Positions 13,937 to 26,586 of a stretch of 64,000 nt of DNA are shown here, in pieces. Source of the DNA: Marsupella aquatica. Its lineage: Eukaryota > Plantae > Marchantiophyta. The stretch covers positions 8,357,079 to 8,421,078 of the forward strand of contig OZ316898.1 in assembly GCA_973895155.1 (NCBI GenBank), in the 5' to 3' direction. The first letter of the stretch is position 1; each line of letters begins with the position of its first letter. The notes beneath the pieces were generated by a model that did not search any database, was not told where the DNA came from, and saw only the letters and a list, made by a program, of their open reading frames with translations. The translations under genes were made by a program, and so were the position numbers.

Positions 13937-14357
13937 TGTTGAGCATAGACGACGATCGCAACGGCAAGCCCATGAACCATCCAACGCACAATAGTCGACA
14001 CAAGAGATACGTGGTTCACCTCCTTGAGGCTACGTCCACGGGAACACACAAGAGAGCTTTACTGAACTCTAAGCCCGTCAGCTATACCGAGTCTCCACAG
14101 TGTAAGCTCTCCCTATCTCTCAAGTGGCTCCATAACAATGAGCCTTGGTTCTACCTCTCCAAGCACACATGCCTCTTATGATATAGTGTGCAACTTAGTT
14201 GTACCTAACCACATAGTTGTACCTAATCACGTAGTTGTACCTAACCACATAGTTGTACCTAATCACGTAGTTGTACCTAACCACGTAGTTGTACCAACCC
14301 ACGTTGTTGTACCAACCACGTCATACCTAACCTAGACGTAAGAGTAAATACCCAACA
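13937..14357 (-). repeat. 5' LTR of copia element (421 bp)
   Basis: TG..CA termini, adjacent to the tRNA-iMet PBS. Confidence 0.97.
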
Positions 14358-16930
14358 ATTTTCCCCACTTTACCCTAAACCCCTTTGATCAAAGAAGTGG
14401 GGAAAATAGGATGACCAATATGCAATAATTTTGCTTGTAAATAGCACTTGACACATGCATTCCAGTGAGTGTTGGAAGTGGGAACCTAGTCAAGGGTGAA
14501 GGTATGTTCGGAGGGGGTTAGCACTGGCAATCATGAGCTTCCATGTGTCTGCGAATGAACCACATGTCATCTCGGGTTAGTATAGTAGACATAAAGCAAC
14601 CCATATCTGAAATGGGGGAAACCTGATCATTTTAGTAGTTTTGGGGCCAGGTTAGTACCTTTGAGTAGTTTTGGGGACAGTGTTACAAACCCAGTTGCAA
14701 AAAACAGATAAAACAGTTTTTCATTCATTTGTCTCACACCCCCAAACAACTAGAGGTGTCGAAACTGGAGACTAAGATCATAAAGACAGGAAACCCCATA
14801 AAACCAAAGAGCCACCCCCAAACAACTCAGTCCCATACAATAACAAAGGAACTAAAGCCATTCTCTGCAGTAAACTGATTAGAACCGGGATAGTCGGGCC
14901 CTTCACAGCATGGTTTTTTCCCTCTTTTTCAAGCAAGATATTATGTTCTGAACTTTAAAGTGGAAGAATATTCTTGAGTATGACTACCTGTACTTGTCCA
15001 ACGGTGACTATGAGCTACACAACTGGACATGTGAGGGTGACATGCTATTAATAGGAAACAACAGAGAACAACTTCACTGAAAATGGGCTAACTAATCACA
15101 CAAGAAAGTATGGAAATTCTTTGGGTAAAACAAAAAATCTGGGAAAACTAACTAAAGGCTAAGAAAAAGGTGTTCTGAAAGTCTACACCACCCCAAGACC
15201 TCCAAGGAAAATAATTACGCTAAGTTAAGGTACTAATGATTAAGACTAAATCTGCAAGAAGTAGTTACTACTGATAATACCCTAAACAAATAATTTTGCA
15301 AGGAGTCCATCAATACACTCAAACTAAGCAAAACTATGATGAGGTACACTAGTGCTCACTACAAGAGATCCCTGTCTGAGGGAATAAGATACTTGTTCAA
15401 TTTTCAGAGTGACCTTCATTTTGTAACATCCAAATATGAAGCAGACCTTTAGAACCTTGGTTAGAAATTTTATATTACATTTTAAAAATCTTCAAATAAG
15501 AATTACAACCCAAGTTCAAAGAATGTTTTTGATCTTATGTGGAAAAAGAGTAAAACTACACTTTACAGATGACTTAAAACAACTCAAAAGCTAGTTAGAA
15601 GGAAGATTAATGATTTTTTATGAAGATAATGATGTGAAGCAAGCTGTCAATTCCCCAACAGAGATAGTGGTTTCAAATAAAAGAGTCTCCAAGTGCAAAC
15701 GTCTATGCAAGTGTGGATGCTGTTCTAGACATTGAAGAAGTAGGGGGAACAACTAGACAAAGGGCCAAAAAGCCAGAAGGATGCAGGCAGCGGCGGAAGA
15801 CTAGAACCACCAAGGACACAAAGCCTACCTATCGACAAACTGAAGAGCTTGGTAGAGCTCCGGACCAGGAGAGAAAGACAGAGCAGAATTGTATTTTATA
15901 CTACTTAGATTGGGTTCTTGCTTTCATGTGGAAATTCCTTGCAAGACAAAACAAACAATTCATTCAAGAGCTCAAGCTGACTGGCTGACCAGCTCGTTGA
16001 GGACTGCACCCAGTCAGCATCTCCACCCAAAGGGCCATGTACAATGATGATCTTCTGTCAATTCCATTTGTACCGGCACTATCCCAATGTCTTTCAATAA
16101 TAGGGCGTCTCAAAGTTTCATAGTTATGAAGGATGGCCTCCGGCCATAGCCCCTACAATGACTTATGATGGCAGATGACCCATTTTTACCGACCCCCATG
16201 GAAATTTCCTTCTAAAATCCCCCTCAAAATCCCTGGAAGTACGTGCAGCCACATCAGCATTATTGGTCACAACAAGAACAGTTTGTTATGCAAAAAGCAC
16301 CAAACAAGACTATGTGTGTTTGAAAAAAGTCAAAGAAAAACAGTTAGACCTTGTAACTGTAAAAACAATTGAAAACTGAAAAATAACATTTTAAACAAAC
16401 AAAGAAAGAAGTGAAAAGGGGGTAAAACAAAATAACCTTTGGATGGGTTGTGGTTGATATATTAGTGTTTTCCAGTAGATTGTATGCGTTTTCTATTTAA
16501 TTAGCAATTTTTGGAATAACCATGGGTAAAAAGAAACTCTTTAACTGCTGTAACATTTACTAAGGTTACCTAAAAAACCATTCGGCTACTATGGAAAAAG
16601 GAATACCAAAGGAATGTAATTAAGAAATTCTTTGGCTTGTATAGCATTTTGCATAGACTCTATGGACAGAGTAGTATCAAGGGAACTTTGTGCATGCTCT
16701 TCTTCCATGAATAATCTACTCATTTTTCCTCTCATCTCCATATTCAACCCTATTCCAATATGCAACTCTTCATGTGTTCTAACATTTCCTTCTATAAATC
16801 ACGAGTTTCGCATTAAACTGTGTCGCGTTGCGCCTCCTCCGTTAGCCGGTAGCTGCCGGTAGCCGGTAGTTGCCTGTAGACTCAAAACAAATACGTAAAG
16901 AATGCGCTTCTGTGCATCGGCAGTCCATGG

Positions 16931-16997
16931 GCTACTGTTTAACTCAGAAGAGTGGGACCTCTCAAGTGTTGGGTTCGAATCTCACTGTGAGCTTTTT
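16931..16997 (+). pseudogene. Degenerate tRNA-derived sequence (tRNA pseudogene or SINE head)
   Basis: B-box/T-arm TGGGTTCGAATCTCA, remnant AACTCAG..AGAGTG D-arm, GCT..AGC acceptor-like ends, followed by a T5 run. The cloverleaf is incomplete. Confidence 0.35.
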
Positions 16998-18915
16998 AAC
17001 ATTCATGCGCCCAAAAGTGGGGTTCAGATGCCTCTTAGTAGAGTCATAAGTTAAATTTGATTCAAAAAGAGCTTACACACATAATCCCCCAAAAGTGGGG
17101 TTCAGACGCTTCTAGTAACACACAAACTCTTTTTGATTCTAGATGGGAACTGGCTGTTCCAATTTCCGGTCAATAATCACTACAATCCAAAGGAGCTACA
17201 CCACAGTCTTAAATACTGAACACGTTACTCGTAGAAGTGAATGTTCTAACTTAGTTGTTGAAGTTACATAACCAAGGGGCAATTATTGCAAAAGTTAATT
17301 GCAAAAAGTTGAAAAGTAGAGTGTTTAAAGAAAAACTTATTGCAAAAAGTTAAAAAGTTAATGAATTAATTATTGCAAAAAGTTATGGATCAACGTGCCA
17401 TGTACAATGAGGATCTTCTGTCAATTCCATTTGCGCTGGCACCATCCCAATTTCTTTCAATAATAGGCAAGAGTGGGCAGTCAAGCCTCCCATATGGCAC
17501 CAGTTTTAGCATTTGGGAGACAACTTATGGGGGGATGGGCTCCAGGGTTTTAATTTTGCATGGCTCAACTGGGTCGGAAAAAAACCACTCTAAGGTGTAC
17601 TCTAAATGTCCAAAAGTGGACAAACCAAGATTTCGTTTAGTAGGCACGAAGCCAACTCGGAGTGTGTGATTCCATGTGTCTGTGATGAAATGAGTCCAGC
17701 TTGAGTTAACCAGTGTAATAGGTGATCAAGCTGTACGCCTCTTCAAAGCAGACCAAAGTATTAGTTGATTGACAATGGGGGCACACGAGTACGCAAGCGA
17801 AGCCACTCCTGAGATGTTCTCTCTCTTCCTGAGGCTGTTGCAGGATGACCATTCAGCATAGCACTCGCGTCCTTTCCAAGCACGCATTCTTTGTCTCGAC
17901 ACAGTTGGGTTGGCACCAGTTGTTCAGCACGGTGGTTGTTCGTTTGCTTTGGTTCCTAGCTAGGAATGTCAAGAGATGGGGCTGGATTTCTTTTGAGCTC
18001 GTGGGAAGAAGCCACGGCAACTCCCGAGTCATCTGATCCATTCAAGCGTTGACCGCGAATATATCGTTGGTGACCTTCATATTATTGTGAGTGAAGTCTA
18101 CGAAGTTGTTCCCAGTTGTCATCCTGCAGGAGTCCAAGAAAAAGCCAACGAATCTGCTTTCTGCTCCTCGAGTTCCTCCATTTCGTGACTTCCACAAGTT
18201 CAGATTGCGTCATGATGAGGGGATTATATTTGAGCACCGAAAGATCCCTCCACAGGATAGCCAATTCTAAGATATTATACATCCCAAGTTAAATGTTTCA
18301 TATCTCGGTTTATCTACGATTACTGAATCAAGCCACTGATCTAAGTTTTAATCCCAGGGAGTTGATACAGTGGGCTGGTGGGTGTAGTTTCATGGATGAT
18401 ATGAAACGGGCTTACTAAATGTTTCTAGCCAGTCTATCTTGAGGGCTGAACCTTGGTACAATTTACCCAGTGAATGAAGTGTAGCAGTCATGATTGAAGA
18501 TAAACGTTATTCCATTGGTGAGTTGAAAGGAATAGTGTCAATTGAAGTGGGATAGTGTGAAGAACTCTCTTCACCTATTCGAATTCTTGGACGAAGCTTG
18601 ATTTTCTTTTCTGTTTCGGGTTTTGCGGGATTGGTATTTGTAGGACTTCCAGCCATTCAGAAATCTATGCATTCAAGTGGAGATGAATGATACTCTTTAC
18701 AAACACTGCATTTGAGACGTTCGAGCAGATTCAGTTGAATTTGATGATGGACAAAGAGTCAGGAAAATTCGGAGCATGAAGATCTGCAGTACTACATAAT
18801 CTGAACATATCCATATACTACTACCTTAGCTGCCTCGGCTGCGGTACCATAATTTGCACATAAGGTCCATTTCAGGAAAAGCAGCAAATTCTTCTACAGA
18901 CACCGGCGTCACTCA

Positions 18916-21636
18916 TTACAAATCCTTAAATTCATACACGCAACTGCCATCGTCACTTCTGGCAATGGGGCTGAAGTTATCAGCGACAGGATCTGTACAT
19001 CCCGCGGGAACGGGCACATTCGCCTCTTGGGCTGCTTTCCCTGAAGATCATGCGCACCATAGGCATAACTATCAGTCTTCCCTCTCAGCTCCAGGCCCGG
19101 ACGAAGAGTGACCTCCGCCGCACATGTAGCATCAGGGTAGTGACATCTATTTTGCTGGGGTGGCAGCAGCTTCTGGCAATTTCAACCAAATTCAACGCAG
19201 CGTTAAGTTTCTGTTTCCTGCCTACATATATAAGAATTCTACTCGTTGCCTATGCAATAACTTTACTCCATAGAAACGAGAAAAATGAAAGAGGAGACTA
19301 CTCTAAGTTGCGGACTTACCAAAGAAGGCGCCTTGTGCAATCGCATCGGAGTTGGCATCTCCCAGCGCTGCCTCGCTCATATACTGGTTAGCAAGTTGCA
19401 CCCTCTTCACATTTTCTTGTTCCTGCACCAACATGTTTCCATACTCCAACAGAGTCTGCAAGGTCATCGGGGGCTTCTTGAACTCTGGTGGTCCTTCCTT
19501 GGAGTTGACAAGTTTCTTGCCAATGTTCTCCACTCCAATATCTGAGATCCACTTCCTAACTTCGTCATCGTACACACGGGCCCTCAGAGCTCCGAAGAAA
19601 TCTGCAAAATCCACAGGGATCAGACGCTCACATATGACGCCAACAAATGCAGATGAGCAACACTCTTGGGGAAATACACAAATGAAGGTCATCGTAAAGG
19701 GGGCTAACCGATAGACTGCCCGGGGAAGGTGTCGACGAGTGTAGTGATATCTTCTTTTGGCACATTGTCGTGCCTGAAGATCCCCACGCAGACACCAATT
19801 CTGTCCTCTCTGGTTGGGGCCCAGTAAAACTTCTCCATACGACCGTCACGAATCAGAGGAGCGTAGAGAGTTGAGAAATCGTTTCCGGTCACAATGATTG
19901 GTACTCGAGAGATCTCCTCCTTGTTGTACACACCTGGGAGCTGCACGTTGGTTGGGCTGTCAGCAATGTTCATCAGCGTTGCATTAACCATCTGGTTGTT
20001 CACAGTATACTGAGTGGTTCCTCCCATTCTTCCCGCTCCTGCATCAAGATCGTTGATGAACAACACGCACATCTTTCCCTTCTTCTTGATGATATCAGCT
20101 GCTTCACGATATCGCTGCCTGATCAGCTTGGCCGGCTCACCGGCATTTCCACTCTCCAGCTCTCCAGCAGACATCACAATTGGCTGAATGCCGAGCTTGG
20201 CAAAAATGAGCTCAGCCTGGAAAGACTTTCCTTGTCCCTTGCCTCCCCAGACACCGAGAATGAGGGGAACCTACACAACCGTCGACCAAAGTCAGACAAT
20301 TCCCGAGTCCAATCCCACGATCAGATATGCAGACAGACAACTCATACCGTGACCGAGCTACGTAAACGCTGGACTTCCTAAGCTGGTGAATCTAAGATGA
20401 AGTGCGAGCTCGTGCAGTATGAAGTACCTTAATGTTGGGCAAGCTCATGAAGTTCTTCGCAATATGGATAAGAATCTTATCCATGAAGGCAGGGGCGATG
20501 TAGTACTCTCCCATCATGTTGTCAAAGTCGTAACTGTTGACCACAATGGACATGGGACTCAGGACCTTGGAAAGGTAGTTGTGCTACAACATCTAGTCAC
20601 AGGGTAATTTTGATAGATTGCAACATAAGCAACACATTCACTATCACAGACAACCTGTTTCGAACAACAAGACAGCTCCCATAGAGAAGAACATCAAATG
20701 ACGTTCAGGAAGGAAACTTACTGTCTTTGACCCGTACTGATATACTCAAGAGAGCTGAGCACGGCGTTCTGGGTGCCGGACAGCCCTTGTGCTCCTTGAA
20801 ACAGAGCATCGACCATTCCCTTCCCACGAGTGATGTCCTGCTGGTCATCAGAGACATCGATGTTCGGGTCCAACGCTTTCCATTTGTCGACCTTCTTCTT
20901 GGGTGCCTCAGCTGCAGCATCGCACCTGATGCCAGCCTTGGCACTTTTCTCGTTCAGGGACACCAACGACGCACTCCTCAGACTGGATCCGAAGAAGGCA
21001 GAGTTCGGTCCGCTCTTCACACTGCTGCTGCTAGTAGTCGCCACAGACACAGTCTGCATCCATCCATATCACCCGTCAATTCACCATATCCATTCATACT
21101 GCCAAATTTCTCAGAGGAACTGAAACAAAACTCTTCCCCACTCAGACACAATCACACCAGACCCAAACACTCGGTGAAACGCCTTTCACAGCGGCAGAAT
21201 GGAACCAACCTTGGCCTCATTCAATCTGCCAAATTCTCAACGGAAATGGAAATAAAACTCTTCACCACCCACAGATAATCGCGCCACACTAACACACTCG
21301 ACAAGACCCGTTCACAGCTGCAGAATGGAACCGACCTGGGCCTCATTCTGCCCAATCCTCAGTGGAAACTGAAACAAACCTCTTCACCACTCTCCGCAAT
21401 TTAGACCACATCCAAAACACTCTACGAAACCCCTTTCACGAATGGAACCCGTAGGACCTCATTCATTCTCCCAAAATCCTCAAACGAAACAGAAACAAAA
21501 CTCTTCACAACTCACACACATCCTACCACTCCACCACACCCACACACTCGACCAAAACCGTTTCACAGCTGCAAAACCGCGAACCGACCTGGGCAACGAG
21601 AGGCGCAGCCCGCATGGTTGCAACACCGGTAGCCAT
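18916..21636 (-). CDS. RCA: Rubisco activase, chloroplastic (alpha/long isoform, ~484 aa; 6 exons)
   Basis: Exons 21636-21589, 21053-20722, 20533-20428, 20270-19709, 19601-19320, 19040-18916; all GT-AG with consistent phases. Motifs [15 protein letters not shown], Walker [29 protein letters not shown], and a C-terminal extension [16 protein letters not shown] with two Cys. Confidence 0.97.
21100..21594. repeat. Four degenerate ~120-bp tandem units filling RCA intron 1
   Basis: Recurrent CCAAA..CTCA..GAAAC..AAACAAAACTCTTCAC..ACACTC..TTCACAGC..GAATGGAACC..CCT.GGC blocks. Confidence 0.8.
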
Positions 21637-24169
21637 CGCCCAAGCTGCTGCTGCTCGCTTGCTTCAGTAGTGGAGTCGAGTTGCTCCTGACGTTGGGCGT
21701 CTCCGCTCTGCCTATCGATTACTCCGAAGTCTGCTGCGCTCGGGATTTAGAGCAGGAAAGAGCAGTGTGCCTTTTGGGCTACGAGAGGCGAAGGGGATGA
21801 TGAGGGCGGAGGGCGGAGGGCGGATATGGCGGAATTGCACTGTAGAGCCCCTGGGGAAGATTGGGCGAAGAACCTTTTTCCCCATCCGGAGATGTGGGAG
21901 GCTTTTTTTTGTGGCCGGGAAAAGATGAGGAGAGTTTGTGGCCGGGCGAAGATGAGCCCCACGTTTCGCGGCGTGCAGCTCAGGCAGGCCCTTGGGTCTC
22001 GCCCGTGCCTTAGCCGCAAACGCATCCGTTACCCACAAACGGACGGACGTGAGGCTCAGCGAGCTCCCGCATCTTGCGGACACTTGCAGAAAGGCCATGC
22101 AGGGCCAGAAGTTTGTTTATTAGCGTAGGGCCGATCGGGTTGGCTTAGGCCCAGAATCAAATCTTATTTTCGTGGGTTTTGTAGATAATGGTGCGCAGAA
22201 ATTGAAGCACGGATGGAGGTTGACTCTAAACCATGCAATTAGGATTGGGATATGGCGAGCTCCAGCCTCAAACATTATTTTTGTATTTTTCTAGCCCTCT
22301 AAAGCGTGCAATTAGGACTAGGATCTGGCCAGGTCCAACCCTCAAACAGTATTCTGTAGTTTTTAGATAACTCTGGTAACCCAATGCCCATGGATTGGGG
22401 ATTGCCTACAGGAAGCAGTGAGAGACAGAAGCCTTTTCAGGCATCACTGAGATGGCCAGACAATGGACAACAGAGTGAGTTGGCCCGGCAACTGGATTCC
22501 AAAGAATGTGCGAGAGAGAATAATAGTTTGAGCATCGAAAATCTGCACAATGGTACCTTTAAGTTCATCTCTAGGTTAGAAAAAAATGTCACCATAATTG
22601 AATATCTAAGGAGGATTTGGAGGATTTTCACTGGAATGAAAATTGGTAAACAGATTATGAAAAAGAAGAGCAGAGTTTAGATAGGGCATAAATTGAAGCC
22701 TGGATAAAAGTCACCTTTTAAGTCATACAATCAGGATCTAACTCTCCCGCATTACAAGGGTCAAACTGAGTCTAGAAATTATTAAAAGTAGTATTGTTTT
22801 TGGTATTCACACTTTAGCCAAATATGATCTGAATCACAAGAAAGGTTTGGTGGAAAGCTCAGTCCAAAATATTTCCAAAGCTCTGCAATGAGTCTTGAGA
22901 TGTTGAGTGGTTGTAGAGAAATCTAACGTAACAGATGATAACTACAGAATTGAACAGATTACTGTAGATGTTTACATGTTTTACAGGAGTTTTGGTATCC
23001 ATGTTATTTCATGTTCGGTGCAAAATGTGATAGTTCAATCCTAGTTGAAAATGTCCATCTGAGCAAGTCAGCAAACGATGAGGTTGCTCCTAGCATCATT
23101 TTATAATGGAGAAAATCCCCCACATAACATTGTCTCCTGATGTCGCTGAATTCAGAATACTTTACTTAAATAAATTACTGATACATCAGTGTTTACATCA
23201 AAATGCCTAAAATATTCATAAGAAATTCTAATAACTTCGTTTATTTATTTCTCCGACCTTGAAATCATTATGGCAGTGCAAGTAGCCATCCTCCGCCGGG
23301 CAGGCTGGCTGGCCGCTGGCCCTGTGGCCCTGGGTGGGACGCTGTAAGCCACCCATGGGCAGTGGAACGAAAGATGAAGAACCAACGACTCCAATCGCTC
23401 CTGAAATTTCTGATGTCCCCTCAAACAGTGTTTTTAATATCCTCAGCCTTTTGTCATTTCTTCCTCGAAAGGAACTTTCGTTATCTTTGCCTTTTTCCTT
23501 TTTTTCTTTGGTTTTTTCGAAAGCGATATTAGTCACAGATATCCTCCTCCACTTTTTCAGCTGGGCTAAAGGCAAGGCTACGTCTTATCCGCTGCCATCA
23601 AAGGTCACCCAAGACACGTGTCTGGTAAGGGTTGCCCTCCCACAGATTATTCCCAATCGAGGGTTGCCATGTCTTTATCTTTTGCTGCTACATCAAAAAT
23701 AAAGATATCCTAAAAACTGAACCAGCTTTTGAAACATGATAAAACCCACATTTTTTTCAATTGGCTATTAATGGAGAAAGAAATATACAATGGGAATGAA
23801 AAATCTGCTTTGCTACCCTTGTTGCCAGATCCAAGGGCACTCCTTAAATCTCCAAAGATCTAATGGTACACATTAGAAACACATCTCCTGGCATACGTCC
23901 CAATTCCATGAGTGACTTTCCGTCCAACCGATCCTAGGATAAACCACTGGTGTGCCCATGTAACAACGATAGTCCAAAACCCTCATAATCATCGCTAGTG
24001 TGTCCCATCAGCTCACCTTTAGGTCTTGCTCTCATGTTTGCTATATATATTCAGGGAGAGGGATTGCTAACAATGAAGGTCACACCAAGAGCCTTCAAAG
24101 AGCTTCATTATGCTGAGCACAAAGACAGCAGGAAAACAATATCTCTACTTAACGGAGAGAAGTTTTTTT

Positions 24170-24501
24170 TGTTGAACTATGACGTCTTCCTTCATGACGA
24201 TCCAATCTTTACTCATTCCATGCACACATAGTCGACACAATCTCTACGTGGTTCATCTCTTCTCCAAGGTTACGTCCACACAAACACTCAAACTTTACTT
24301 CAAGAGTAGACGAACACACATGCTCTCCCTCTTCCACAAGTTGCTCCGTTACAATGAGTAAACACCACACACCAGCGGCTTACACTAGCCCTGGTATATA
24401 CAAGGTCACACACGACTAACCTAACCTCAGCTAAGACCCTAACTATGGTTAGCCTAAGTGTCATAACCTTTGAGTCACAAGACTAAGAGCAATCCTTAAC
24501 A
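24170..24501. mobile_element. Solo LTR related to the 7844 copia LTR
   Basis: TGTTGAAC...CCTTAACA termini. Shares ATAGTCGACACAA..TACGTGGTTCA..TACGTCCAC with the copia LTR. Flanks TTTTT/ATTTT (4/5 TSD). Confidence 0.75.
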
Positions 24502-25715
24502 ATTTTAGCCAGGCTTAAGCCACTAGCTACTACCGTAGAGTTGAGGACACCGCATTACTCAAATGTGTGGTGCAATTTCAGGAGGTTTTTTGGTATTGTA
24601 GTATCATTTCTACACATCTTACCATGTGAAACCTTTTTATTTCTTTCCCAATACAGTGTGCTTGAAAATTTTTGCAAACTACCGCGTACTGTTTGCATTG
24701 CCATGCTTTGCAGTGTTGAGCTGTGGCACCCAGCATGACAGTATACTGACCCAGAATTCCAAGTCACACTCAGAGTAAGTATTATCAGAATTATTGTGGA
24801 CCAGAAAAGCACTCTAGAGGAGCAAGGGAAAGTAAAATGGGAAGAGGGGAAATTTTGGACACTTTCTGGATTTAGGGACACTGGCAATACAAGAGGACTC
24901 ATATTGGTTGTTTGTGCACTGAAGTTGACATGGGTTAGCATGCTGAATGTGTTGGAAGCAGGTTCAAGGTTTGAATTTGGTTCCCTCAAACAAGCTCAAA
25001 CTTGATTGTTGTATGGGAAGTGATGAACTATAATCACTATTGACCTATTGCAACAGAAGCATTGCAAGACTTGAAACGACAAATGACCAGCACATGCTCT
25101 TGGTTGTTGCCAGAGAGATGCAGTTCTTTCCCATTCCAGCTCTGATGCAGAAACTCACACCTTGTTGTTTTGCTCTCCTTTCTCAATCCCTGAATGTGTT
25201 CTACATTTTAGTCTCCTCTCATTAGGGATATTGACATTGCACGGAGTCTCATTCACACAACTAATTTGATACCAGTAATGAAGACAAAGTTGATTTCTTA
25301 GACCAACTAGACGACCACTTGGTAATACTTTGCATGTTGATGGCTAGCCCAAAACTTTTGTGTCCTGTGTTGAATCCACCTTTGGATGACCAAGTATATT
25401 ACCTCTTCTAATCCAAAGCAATATTGCGGTATCCAATTTGAAGAAAATCCCTGATACCACACTGGTTTTCCGGAAATATTTTCTCATCTCCATTTGAATA
25501 GAATGCACCTGTGTGTTCTGTTCAAACAGAAGGACATGTATTAGAAAGTGCAAAAACCTTAGAGCCAAAGTTGTCAGCAAAGTCAGATGCTAATGTTTTC
25601 AACTTACAAAGTAAGTCCTTCAAGGTCAGTTCTTAGGATGGAAAACACCAACTTTGAGGGAGCAAGAGTAGCATCCTAGAAACCATCCATGGTCTGATTT
25701 TGCAAGTCTGTAACA

Positions 25716-25825
25716 GTCATAAATGTTTATCCAATCCACCAACGTGCAACTGGAGGAAGGGTTCAATAGGGTCATAAATGTTTATCCAATCCACCAATGT
25801 GCAACTGGAGGAAGGGTTCAATAGG
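25716..25825. repeat. 55-bp tandem duplication
   Basis: GTCATAAATGTTTATCCAATCCACCAA(C/T)GTGCAACTGGAGGAAGGGTTCAATAGG x2. Confidence 0.9.
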
Positions 25826-26071
25826 GAGCCTCAAACCTCACCGTCCACAAAAAGTCCCGGGCAGATGGGGGTGGAAGTTTGGGCCAAACCTTGGACCCCC
25901 ATTACTTCTTTGGAGAGGGGCTGCCCAATGGTAATGTTGTCTGACTGGGGTCACAGGATCTTTTTTCACTCTAATAGGCGAAGTCATGAGGTTTGGTCAT
26001 GTTCCAAGGAGGACAAATATGTGCCCTGGTTAGAGGTGCCTGACCATTTTGGGCCCGTGGTCGGGACCACA

Positions 26072-26238
26072 TTCTCAGAGGACCGTATGAAGTCTCTGTT
26101 TGAGACACCCTGTTGCATTCTCAGACGACTGTATGAAGTCTGCTGGCAGCCTCTGTTTGAGACACTCTGTTGGAAGGGCAGGTTCTCAGCGGACCATATA
26201 AAGTCTACAGGCAGCCTCTGTTTGAGGCACCCTGTTGG
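26072..26238. repeat. Three degenerate ~45-60-bp tandem units
   Basis: TTCTCAG..GAC..TAT.AAGTCT[..GGCAGC]CTCTGTTTGAG.CAC.CTGTTG x3. Confidence 0.8.
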
Positions 26239-26586
26239 AGCCAGAGGAGAAGGACGCTGGTCCATTGCTCTTCACAAGTGGCTTAATGCAAGCTTTCATT
26301 AGCTCCCATGCGCCTCCTCACTAGTTAAGTAAGCTCCACATATGGATTGTAATACTACCTAAGGTATCTAATGACTGTTAGCAAGTTTGGTTTTAGGACT
26401 CAACATCTGTTACAAGAGTATATCAGTGTGGAACTAGTAGCAGGGAAGCAGGGAACTTATCTGCAGCTTCAGATAATGTGCGAGCAAGGGCTTCCAAGTA
26501 ATTCCAATTTAACAATCTTATGTTCGAAAAATGTGAGCATGGTAGCCTACATGTGATTGCCACTCTGTATTGCAGACTATTTAGGA

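Larger units (their letters stand above)
7844..14357 (-). mobile_element. Full-length Ty1/copia LTR retrotransposon (Tork/Tnt1-like)
   Basis: TG..CA LTRs at 7844-8282 and 13937-14357. 5-bp TSD ATTTT (7839-7843, 14358-14362). PBS TGGTATCAGAGCA and PPT present. Domain order gag-PR-INT-RT-RH. Confidence 0.98.

Noticed and set aside
17750-18290. Coding-like GC-richer tract 3' of RCA
   Set aside because: The minus-strand frames contain stops, the plus-strand ORF is short, and I recognise no family motif.
20727-21278. 183-aa plus-strand ORF (and similar ones at 42835-43430)
   Set aside because: Antisense shadows of real minus-strand exons.
21712-22128. Overlapping 92-128 aa ORFs upstream of RCA
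   Set aside because: GC-rich promoter/5' region; no recognisable domain.
24555-26302. ORFs of 144 aa and 174 aa
   Set aside because: No recognisable motifs, and the second is partly built from tandem repeats.
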